Assembly (NCBI GenBank): GCA_043228905.1
Contig: JBHGNT010000078.1
Span: 1-64,000, forward strand
Direction of reading: 5' to 3'
DNA length: 64,000 nt
DNA from: Azolla caroliniana
Taxonomy: Eukaryota; Plantae; Polypodiophyta
Part shown: one piece after another, positions 24,901-37,400 of the stretch
Position numbering within the stretch: the stretch's first letter is position 1
Layout of the letters: every line of letters begins with the position of its first letter
Position numbers and translations under genes: made by a program
The notes under the pieces: generated by a model
What the model was told of the DNA's origin: nothing
Databases searched by the model: none
What the model saw: the letters and a program-made list of their open reading frames with translations, nothing else

Positions 24901-25999
24901 ATGTTTGAAAACAAAAATCCGATATCACACGAGCCAGGTATGAACATTTTAATTTACTCACGGGGTCTTCTCAACTCCTTCCTCAAATATGCAAATATCT
25001 TCATGTCTCTCGACCTGTGTTTCGAAATCTTGATTTTTTAATTCTATATAATAGCTAGCTTGGTTAGCTTCGATTCGCATGTTTGAACCCATATATCCCA
25101 TATAAATCGAGCCAGCTATGAACATTTTAATTTCCGAAGAGGGTCTTCTCCACTGCCTCGTCATATTTGCTAATTTCTTCATGTCTCTCGACCTGAGTTT
25201 GAAAATGTTAATTTTTTTTCTCCATACCATAGCTAGCATTGTTAGCTTCGATTCGCATATTTAAATACAAAAATCCGATATCACGCAAGCCAGGTATGAA
25301 CATTATAATTTACTCACGGGGTCTTCTCCACTACCTTCCCAATTTTACTAATTTCTTCATGTCTCTCGACCTGAGTTTCAAAATCTTGATTTTTTAATTC
25401 GATATCATAGCTAGTATTGTGAGCTTCGATTCGCATGTTTGAACACAAAAATCCGAAATCACACGAGCCAGCTATGAACATTTTAATTTACTCACTAGCT
25501 CTTCTCAACTGCTTCCTCAAATTTGCTAATTTCTTCATGTCTCTCGACCTGAGTTTCGAAATCTTGATTTTTTAATTCGATATCATAGCTAGCGTTGTTA
25601 CCTTCGATTCCCACTACCTTCTCAAATTTGCTAATTTCTTCATGTCTCTCGACCTGAGTTTCAAAATCTTGATTTTAATTTACTCACGGCGTCTTCTCCA
25701 CTACCTTCCCAATTTTGCTAATTTCTTCATGTCTCTCGACCTGAGTTTGAAAATCTTGATTTTTTAATTCCATATCATAGCTAGGATTGTGAGCTTCGAT
25801 TCGCATGTTTGAACACAAAAATCCGATATCACACGAGCCAGCTATGAACATTTTAATTTACTCACTAGGTCTTCTCAACTACCTTCTCAAATTTGCTAAT
25901 TTCTTCATGTCTCTCGACCTGAGTTTCAAAATCTTGATTTTTTAATTCGATATCATAGCTAGCGTTGTTACCTTCGATTCCCATGTTTGAACACAAAAA

Positions 26000-28900
26000 T
26001 CCGATATCACACGAGCCAGGTATGAACATTTTAATTTACTCACGGCGTCTTCTCAACTCCCTCCTCAAATTTGATAATTTCTTCATGTCTCTCGACCTGA
26101 GTTTGACAATCTTGATTTCTTGATTCCATATCATAGCTAGCATTGTTAGCTTCGATTCGCATGTTTGAACACAAAAATCCGATATCACAAAAGCCAGGTA
26201 TAAACATATTAATTTACGCACGGGGTCTTCTCCACTACCTATTCAAATTTGCTAACTTCGTCAAGTCTCTAGACCGGTGTTTCAATTCAATATCATAGCT
26301 AGCGTTGTTAGCTTCGATTCGCATGTTTGAACACAAACATCCGATATCACACGAGCCAGGTATGAACATTTTAAATTACTGACGGGGTCTTCTAAACTCC
26401 TTCCTCAAATTTGCTAATTTCCTCATGTCTCTCGACCTGAGTTTCAAAATCTTGATTTTTTAATTCTATATCATAGCTAGCGTTGTTAGCTTCGATTCGC
26501 ATGTTTGAACACAAAAATCCGATATCACACAAGCCAGGTATGAACATTTTAATTTACTCACGGGGTCTTCTCAACTCCTTCCTCAAATATGCGAATATCT
26601 TCATGTCTCTCGACCTGTGTTTCAAAATCTTGATTTTTTCATTCCATATCATAGCTAGCTTGGTTAGTTTCAATTCGCATGTTTGAACACATATATCCGA
26701 TATAAATCGAGCCAGCTATGAACATTTTAATTTCCGAACAGGGTCTTCTCCACTACCTCCTCAAATTTGCTAATTTCTTCATGTCTCTCGACCTGAGTTT
26801 GAAAATCTTAATTTTTTAATTCCATATCATAGCTAGCGTTGTTAGCTTCGATTCGCATATTTGAACACAAAAATCCGATATCACACCAGCCAGGTATGAA
26901 CATTATAATTTACTCACGGGGTCTTCTCCACTACCTTCCCAATTTTGCTAATTTCTTCATGTCTCTCGACCTGAGTTTCAAAATCTTGATTTTTTAATTC
27001 CATATCATAGCTAGTATTCTTAGCTTCGATTCGCATGTTTGAACACAAAAATCCGATATCACACGAGCCAGCTATGAACATTTTAATTTACTCACTAGGT
27101 CTTCTCCACTACCTTCTCAAATTTGCTAATTTCTTCATGTTTCTCGATCTGAGTTTCAAAATCTTGATTTTTTAATTCGATATCATAGCTAGCGTTGATA
27201 CCTTCGATTCGCATGTTTGAACACAAAAATCCGATATCACACGAGCCAGGTATGAACATCTTAATTTACTCACGGGGTCTTCTCAACTCCCTCCTCAAAT
27301 TTGATAATTTCTTCATGTCTCTCGACCTGAGTTTGACAATCTTGATTTTTTGATTCCATATCATAGCTAGCATTGTTAGCTTCGATTCGCATGTTTGAAA
27401 ACAAAAATCCGATATCACACGAGCCAGGTATGAACATTTTAATTTACTCACGGGGTCTTCATGTCTCTGGACCTGTGTTTCGAAATCTTGATTTTTTAAT
27501 TCTATATAATAGCTAGCTTGGTTAGCTTCGATTCGCATGTTTGAACCCATATATCCCATATAAATCGAGCCAGCTATGAACATTTTAATTTCCGAAGAGG
27601 GTCTTCTCCACTGCCTCGTCAAATTTGCTAATTTCTTCATGTCTCTCGACCTGAGTTTGAAAATGTTAATTTTTTATCTCCATACCATAGCTAGCATTGT
27701 TAGCTTCGATTCGCATATTTGAATACAAAAATCCGATATCACGCAAGCCAGGTATGAACATTATAATTTACTCACGGGGTCTTCTCCACTACCTTCCCAA
27801 TTTTGCTAATTTCTTCATGTCTCTCGACCTGAGTTTCAAAATCTTGATTTTTTAATTCCATATCATAGCTAGTATTCTGACTGGTGTTTCAAAATGATAA
27901 TTTTTAAATTCGATTCGCATGTTTGAACACAAACATCCGATATCACACCAGCCAGCTATGACCATTTTAAATTACTGACGGGGTCTTCTAAACTCCTTCC
28001 TCAAATTTGCTAATTTCGTCATGTCTCTCCACCTGAGTTTCAAAATCTTGATTTTTTAATTCTATATCATAGCTAGCGTTGTTAGCTTCGATTCGCATGT
28101 TCGAACAGAAAAATCCGATATCACACCAGCCAGGTATGAACATTATAATTTACTCACGGGGTCTTCTCCACTACCTTCCCAATTTTGCTAATTTCTTCAT
28201 GTCTCTCGACCTGAGTTTCAAAATCTTGATTTTTTAATTCCATATCATAGCTAGTATTCTTAGCTTCGATTCGCATGTTTGAACACAAAAATCCGATATC
28301 ACACGAGCCAGCTATGAACATTTTAATTTACTCACTAGGTCTTCTCCACTACCTTCTCAAATTTGCTAATTTCTTCATGTTTCTCGATCTGAGTTTCAAA
28401 ATCTTGATTTTTTAATTCGATATCATAGCTAGCGTTGATACCTTCGATTCGCATGTTTGAACACAAAAATCCGATATCACACGAGCCAGGTATGAACATT
28501 TTAATTTACTCACGGGGTCTTCTCAACTCCCTCCTCAAATTTGATAATTTCTTCATGTCTCTCGACCTGAGTTTGACAATCTTGATTTTTTGATTCCATA
28601 TCATAGCTAGCATTGTTAGCTTCGATTCGCATGTTTGAAAACAAAAATCCGATATCACACGAGCCAGGTATGAACATTTTAATTTACTCACGGGGTCTTC
28701 ATGTCTCTCGACCTGTGTTTCGAAATCTTGATTTTTTAATTCTATATAATAGCTAGCTTGGTTAGCTTCGATTCGCATGTTTGAACCCATATATCCCATA
28801 TAAATCGAGCCAGCTATGAACATTTTAATTTCCGAAGAGGGTCTTCTCCACTGCCTCGTCAAATTTGCTAATTTCTTCATGTCTCTCGACCTGAGTTTGA

Positions 28901-31900
28901 AAATGTTAATTTTTTATCTCCATACCATAGCTAGCATTGTTAGCTTCGATTCGCATATTTGAATACAAAAATCCGATATCACGCAAGCCAGGTATGAACA
29001 TTATAATTTACTCACGGGGTCTTCTCCACTACCTTCCCAATTTTGCTAATTTCTTCATGTCTCTCGACCTGAGTTTCAAAATCTTGATTTTTTAATTCCA
29101 TATCATAGCTAGTATTCTGAGCTTCGATTCGCATGTTTGAACACAAAAATCCGATATCACACGAGCCAGCTATGAACATTTTAATTTACTCACTAGCTCT
29201 TCTCAACTGCTTCCTCAAATTTGCTAATTTCTTCATGTCTCTCGACCTGAGTTTCAAAATCTGGATTTTTTAATTCCATATCATAGCTAGTATTCTGAGC
29301 TTCGATTCGCATGTTTGAACACAAAAATCCGATATCACACGAGCCAGCTATGAACATTTTAACTTACTCACTAGGTCTTCTCCACTACCTTCTCAAATTT
29401 GCTAATTTCTTCATGTCTCTCGACCTGAGTTTCAAAATCTTGATTTTTTAATTCGATATCATAGCTAGCGTTGGTACCTTCGATTCCCATGTTTGAACAC
29501 AAAAATACGATATCACACGAGCCAGGTATGAACATTTTAATTTACTCACGGGGTCTTCTCAACTCCCTCCTCAAATTTGATAATTTCTTCATGTCTCTCG
29601 ACCTGAGTTTGACAATCTTGATTTTTTGATTACATATCATAGGTAGCATTGTTAGCTTCGATTCGCATTTTTGAACACAAAAATCCGATATCACAAAAGC
29701 CAGGTATAAACATATTAATTTACGCACGGGGTCTTCTCCACTACCTATTCAAATTTGCTAACTTCGTCAAGTCTCTAGACCGGTGTTTCAATTCAATATC
29801 ATAGCTAGCGTTGTTAGCTTCGATTCGCATGTTTGAACACAAACATCCGATATCACACGAGCCAGGTATGAACATTTTAAATTACTGACGGGGTCTTCTA
29901 AACTCCTTCCTCAAATTTGCTAATTTCCTCATGTCTCTCGACCTGAGTTTCAAAATCTTGATTTTTTAATTCTATATCATAGCTAGCGTTGTTAGCTTCG
30001 ATTCGCATGTTTGAACACAAAAATCCGATATCACACAAGCCAGGTATGAACATTTTAATTTACTCACGGGGTCTTCTCAACTCCTTCCTCAAATATGCGA
30101 ATATCTTCATGTCTCTCGACCTGTGTTTCAAAATCTTGATTTTTTCATTCCATATCATAGCTAGCTTGGTTAGTTTCAATTCGCATGTTTGAACACATAT
30201 ATCCGATATAAATCGAGCCAGCTATGAACATTTTAATTTCCGAACAGGGTTTTCTCCACTACCTCCTCAAATTTGCTAATTTCTTCATGTCTCTCGACCT
30301 GAGTTTGAAAATCTTAATTTTTTAATTCCATATCATAGCTAGCGTTGTTAGCTTCGATTCGCATATTTGAACACAAAAATCCGATATCACACCAGCATGG
30401 TATGAACATTATAATTTACTCACGGGGTCTTCTCCACTACCTTCCCAATTTTGCTAATTTCTTCATGTCTCTCGACCTGAGTTTCAAAATCTTGATTTTT
30501 TAATTCCATATCATAGCTAGTATTCTTAGCTTCGATTCGCATGTTTGAACACAAAAATCCGATATCACACAAGCAAGCTATGAACATTTTAATTTACTCA
30601 CTAGGTCTTCTCCACTACCTTCTCAAATTTGCTAATTTCTTCATGTCTCTCGACCTGAGTTTCAAAATCTTGATTTTTTAATTCGATATCATAGCTAGCG
30701 TTGGAACCTTCGATTCCCATGTTTGAACACAAAAATACGATATCACACGAGCCAGGTATGAACATTTTAATTTACTCACGGGGTCTTCTCAACTCCCTCC
30801 TCAAATTTGATAATTTCTTCATGTCTCTCGACCTGAGTTTCACAATCTTGATTTCTTGATTCCATATCATAGCTAGCATTGTTAGCTTCGATTCGCATTT
30901 TTGAACACAAAAATCCGATATCACAAAAGCCAGGTATAAACATATTAATTTACTCACAGGGTCTTCTCCACTACCTATTTTGATTTGCTAACTTCGTCAA
31001 GTCTCTAGACCGGTGTTTCAATTCAATAGCATAGCTAGCGTTGTTAGCTTCGATTCGCATGTTTGAACACAAACATCCGATATCACACCAGCCAGCTATG
31101 ACCATTTTAAATTACTGACGGGGTCTTCTAAACTCCTTCCTCAAATTTGCTAATTTCGTCATGTCTCTCCACCTGAGTTTCAAAATCTTGATTTTTTAAT
31201 TCTATATCATAGCTAGCGTTGTTAGCTTCGATTCGCATGTTCGAACAGAAAAATCCGATATCACACCAGCCAGGTATGAACATTATAATTTACTCACGGG
31301 GTCTTCTCCACTACCTTCCCAATTTTGCTAATTTCTTCATGTCTCTCGACCTGAGTTTCAAAATCTTGATTTTTTAATTCCATATCATAGCTAGTATTCT
31401 TAGCTTCGATTCCCATGTTTGAACACAAAAATCCGATATCACACGAGCCAGCTATGAACATTTTAATTTACTCACTAGGTCTTCTCCACTACCTTCTCAA
31501 ATTTGCTAATTTCTTCATGTTTCTCGATCTGAGTTTCAAAATCTTGATTTTTTAATTCGATATCATAGCTAGCGTTGATACCTTCGATTCGCATGTTTGA
31601 ACACAAAAATCCGATATCACACGAGCCAGGTATGAACATTTTAATTTACTCACGGGGTCTTCTCAATTCCCTCCTCAAATTTGATAATTTCTTCATGTCT
31701 CTCGACCTGAGTTTGACAATCTTGATTTTTTGATTCCATATCATAGCTAGCATTGTTAGCTTCGATTCGCATGTTTGAAAACAAAAATCCGATATCACAC
31801 GAGCCAGGTATGAACATTTTAATTTACTCACGGGGTCTTCATGTCTCTCGACCTGTGTTTCGAAATCTTGATTTTTTAATTCTATATAATAGCTAGCTTG

Positions 31901-34900
31901 GTTAGCTTCGATTCGCATGTTTGAACCCATATATCCCATATAAATCGAGCCAGCTATGAACATTTTAATTTCCGAAGAGGGTCTTCTCCACTGCCTCGTC
32001 AAATTTGCTAATTTCTTCATGTTTCTCGACCTGAGTTTGAAAATGTTAATTTTTTATCTCCATACCATAGCTAGCATTGTTAGCTTCGATTCGCATATTT
32101 GAATACAAAAATCCGATATCACGCAAGCCAGGTATGAACATTATAATTTACTCACGGGGTCTTCTCCACTACCTTCCCAATTTTGCTAATTTCTTCATGT
32201 CTCTCGACCTGAGTTTCAAAATCTTGATTTTTTAATTCCATATCATAGCTAGTATTCTGAGCTTCGATTCGCATGTTTGAACACAAAAATCCGATATCAC
32301 ACGAGCCAGCTATGAACATTTTAATTTACTCACTAGCTCTTCTCAACTGCTTCCTCAAATTTGCTAATTTCTTCATGTCTCTCGACCTGAGTTTCAAAAT
32401 CTTGATTTTTTAATTCCATATCATAGCTAGTATTCTGAGCTTCGATTCGCATGTTTGAACACAAAAATCCGATATCACACGAGCCAGCTATGAACATTTT
32501 AACTTACTCACTAGGTCTTCTCCACTACCTTCTCAAATTTGCTAATTTCTTCATGTCTCTCGACCAGAGTTTCAAAATCTTGATTTTTTAATTCGATATC
32601 ATAGCTAGCGTTGGTACCTTCGATTCCCATGTTTGAACACAAAAATACGATATCACACGAGCCAGGTATGAACATTTTAATTTACTCACGGGGTCTTCTC
32701 AACTCCCTCCTCAAATTTGATAATTTCTTCATGTCTCTCGACCTGAGTTTGACAATCTTGATTTTTTGATTACATATCATAGGTAGCATTGTTAGCTTCG
32801 ATTCGCATTTTTGAACACAAAAATCCGATATCACAAAAGCCAGGTATAAACATATTAATTTACGCACGGGGTCTTCTCCACTACCTATTCAAATTTGCTA
32901 GCTTCGTCAAGTCTCTAGACCGGTGTTTCAATTCAATATCATAGCTAGCGTTGTTAGCTTCGATTCGCATGTTTGAACACAAACATCCGATATCACACGA
33001 GCCAGGTATGAACATTTTAAATTACTGACGGGGTCTTCTAAACTCCTTCCTCAAATTTGCTAATTTCCTCATGTCTCTCGACCTGAGTTTCAAAATCTTG
33101 ATTTTTTAATTCTATATCATAGCTAGCGTTGTTAGCTTCGATTCGCATGTTTGAACACAAAAATCCGATATCACACAAGCCAGGTATGAACATTTTAATT
33201 TACTCACGGGGTCTTCTCAACTCCTTCCTCAAATATGCGAATATCTTCATGTCTCTCGACCTGTGTTTAAAAATCTTGATTTTTTCATTCCATATCATAG
33301 CTAGCTTGGTTAGTTTCAATTCGCATGTTTGAACACATATATCCGATATAAATCGAGCCAGCTATGAACATTTTAATTTCCGAACAGGGTCTTCTCCACT
33401 ACCTCCTCAAATTTGCTAATTTCTTCATGTCTCTCGACCTGAGTTTGAAAATCTTAATTTTTTAATTCCATATCATAGCTAGCGTTGTTAGCTTCGATTC
33501 GCATATTTGAACACAAAAATCCGATATCACACCAGCCAGGTATGAACATTATAATTTACTCACGGGGTCTTCTCCACTACCTTCCCAATTTTGCTAATTT
33601 CTTCATGTCTCTCGACCTGAGTTTCAAAATCTTGATTTTTTAATTCCATATCATAGCTAGTATTCTTAGCTTCGATTCGCATGTTTGAACACAAAAATCC
33701 GATATCACACGAGCCAGCTATGAACATTTTAATTTACTCACTAGGTCTTCTCCACTACCTTCTCAAATTTGCTAATTTCTTCATGTTTCTCGATCTGAGT
33801 TTCAAAATCTTGATTTTTTAATTCGATATCATAGCTAGCGTTGATACCTTCGATTCGCATGTTTGAACACAAAAATCCGATATCACACGAGCCAGGTATG
33901 AACATCTTAATTTACTCACGGGGTCTTCTCAACTCCCTCCTCAAATTTGATAATTTCTTCATGTCTCTCGACCTGAGTTTGACAATCTTGATTTTTTGAT
34001 TCCATATCATAGCTAGCATTGTTAGCTTCGATTCGCATGTTTGAAAACAAAAATCCGATATCACACGAGCCAGGTATGAACATTTTAATTTACTCACGGG
34101 GTCTTCATGTCTCTTGACCTGTGTTTCGAAATCTTGATTTTTTAATTCTATATAATAGCTAGCTTGGTTAGCTTCGATTCGCATGTTTGAACCCATATAT
34201 CCCATATAAATCGAGCCAGCTATGAACATTTTAATTTCCGAAGAGGGTCTTCTCCACTGCCTCGTCAAATTTGCTAATTTCTTCATGTCTCTCGACCTGA
34301 GTTTGAAAATGTTAATTTTTTATCTCCATACCATAGCTAGCATTGTTAGCTTCGATTCGCATATTTGAATACAAAAATCCGATATCACGCAAGCCAGGTA
34401 TGAACATTATAATTTACTCACGGGGTCTTCTCCACTACCTTCCCAATTTTGCTAATTTCTTCATGTCTCTCGACCTGAGTTTCAAAATCTTGATTTTTTA
34501 ATTCCATATCATAGCTAGTATTCTGAGCTTCGATTCGCATGTTTGAACACAAAAATCCGATATCACACGAGCCAGCTATGAACATTTTAATTTACTCACT
34601 AGCTCTTCTCAACTGCTTCCTCAAATTTGCTAATTTCTTCATGTCTCTCGACCTGAGTTTCAAAATCTTGATTTTTTAATTCCATATCATAGCTAGTATT
34701 CTGAGCTTCGATTCGCATGTTTGAACACAAAAATCCGATATCACACGAGCCAGCTATGAACATTTTAACTTACTCACTAGGTTTTCTCCACTACCTTCTC
34801 AAATTAGCTAATTTCTTCATGTCTCTCGACCTGAGTTTCAAAATCTTGATTTTTTAATTCGATATCATAGCTAGCGTTGGTACCTTCGATTCCCATGTTT

Positions 34901-37400
34901 GAACACAAAAATACGATATCACACGAGCCAGGTATGAACATTTTAATTTACTCACGGGGTCTTCTCAACTCCCTCCTCAAATTTGATAATTTCTTCATGT
35001 CTCTCGACCTGAGTTTGACAATCTTGATTTTTTGATTACATATCATAGGTAGCATTGTTAGCTTCGATTCGCATTTTTGAACACAAAAATCCGATATCAC
35101 AAAAGCCAGGTATAAACATATTAATTTACGCACGGGGTCTTCTCCACTACCTATTCAAATTTGCTAACTTCGTCAAGTCTCTAGACCGGTGTTTCAATTC
35201 AATATCATAGCTAGCGTTGTTAGCTTCGATTCGCATGTTTGAACACAAACATCCGATATCACACGAGCCAGGTATGAACATTTTAAATTACTGACGGGGT
35301 CTTCTAAACTCCTTCCTCAAATTTGCTAATTTCCTCATGTCTCTCGACCTGAGTTTCAAAATCTTGATTTTTTAATTCTATATCATAGCTAGCGTTGTTA
35401 GCTTCGATTCGCATGTTTGAACACAAAAATCCGATATCACACAAGCCAGGTATGAACATTTTAATTTACTCACGGGGTCTTCTCAACTCCTTCCTCAAAT
35501 ATGCGAATATCTTCATGTCTCTCGACCTGTGTTTAAAAATCTTGATTTTTTCATTCCATATCATAGCTAGCTTGGTTAGTTTCAATTCGCATGTTTGAAC
35601 ACATATATCCGATATAAATCGAGCCAGCTATGAACATTTTAATTTCCGAACAGGGTCTTCTCCACTACCTCCTCAAATTTGCTAATTTCTTCATGTCTCT
35701 CGACCTGAGTTTGAAAATCTTAATTTTTTAATTCCATATCATAGCTAGCGTTGTTAGCTTCGATTCGCATATTTGAACACAAAAATCCGATATCACATCA
35801 GCATGGTATGAACATTATAATTTACTCACGGGGTCTTCTCCACTACCTTCCCAATTTTGCTAATTTCTTCATGTCTCTCGACCTGAGTTTCAAAATCTTG
35901 ATTTTTTAATTCCATATCATAGCTAGTATTCTTAGCTTCGATTCGCATGTTTGAACACAAAAATCCGATATCACACGAGCCAGCTATGAACATTTTAATT
36001 TACTCACTAGGTCTTCTCCACTACCTTCTCAAATTTGCTAATTTCTTCATGTCTCTCGACCTGAGTTTCAAAATCTTGATTTTTTAATTCCATATCATAG
36101 CTAGCGTTGGAACCTTCGATTCCCATGTTTGAACACAAAAATACGATATCACACGAGCCAGGTATGAACATTTTAATTTACTCACGGGGTCTTCTCAACT
36201 CCCTCCTCAAATTTGATAATTTCTTCATGTCTCTCGACCTGAGTTTCACAATCTTGATTTCTTGATTCCATATCATAGCTAGCATTGTTAGCTTCGATTC
36301 GCATTTTTGAACACAAAAATCCGATATCACAAAAGCCAGGTATAAACATATTAATTTACTCACAGGGTCTTCTCCACTACCTATTTTGATTTGCTAACTT
36401 CGTCAAGTCTCTAGACCGGTGTTTCAATTCAATATCATAGCTAGCGTTGTTAGCTTCGATTCGCATGTTTGAACACAAACATCCGATATCACACCAGCCA
36501 GCTATGACCATTTTAAATTACTGACGGGGTCTTCTAAACTCCTTCCTCAAATTTGCTAATTTCGTCATGTCTCTCCACCTGAGTTTCAAAATCTTGATTT
36601 TTTAATTCTATATCATAGCTAGCGTTGTTAGCTTCGATTCGCATGTTCGAACAGAAAAATCCGATATCACACCAGCCAGGTATGAACATTATAATTTACT
36701 CACGGGGTCTTCTCCACTACCTTCCCAATTTTGCTAATTTCTTCATGTCTCTCGACCTGAGTTTCAAAATCTTGATTTTTTAATTCCATATCATTGCTAG
36801 TATTCTTAGCTTCGATTCGCATGTTTGAACACAAAAATCCGATATCACACGAGCCAGCTATGAACATTTTAATTTACTCACTAGGTCTTCTCCACTACCT
36901 TCTCAAATTTGCTAATTTCTTCATGTTTCTCGATCTGAGTTTCAAAATCTTGATTTTTTAATTCGATATCATAGCTAGCGTTGATACCTTCGATTCGCAT
37001 GTTTGAACACAAAAATCCGATATCACACGAGCCAGGTATGAACATTTTAATTTACTCACGGGGTCTTCTCAACTCCCTCCTCAAATTTGATAATTTCTTC
37101 ATGTCTCTCGACCTGAGTTTGACAATCTTGATTTTTTGATTCCATATCATAGCTAGCATTGTTAGCTTCGATTCGCATGTTTGAAAACAAAAATCCGATA
37201 TCACACGAGCCAGGTATGAACATTTTAATTTACTCACGGGGTCTTTTCCACTACCTATTCAAATTTGCTAACTTCGTCAGGTCTCTAGACCGGTGTTTCA
37301 ATTCAATATCATAGCTAGCGTTGTTAGCTTCGATTCGCATGTTTGAACACAAACATCCGATATCACACGAGCCAGGTATGAACATTTTAAATTACTGACG
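26000..37400 (+). repeat. Highly homogeneous nested HOR domain C: 13-mer (2266 bp), 18-mer (3140 bp), super-period 5406 bp
   Basis: Near-identical ORFs at 28506/31646/33912, 29542/32682/34948 and 29989/33129/35395 step by 3140 then 2266. The pairs 30772/36178 and 31646/37052 are offset by 5406. Confidence 0.9.

Noticed and set aside
27266-34286. Four near-identical 124-aa ORFs resembling a tandem gene family
   Set aside because: They are created by the amplified 32-bp deletion fusing satellite frames, and their identity reflects HOR duplication.
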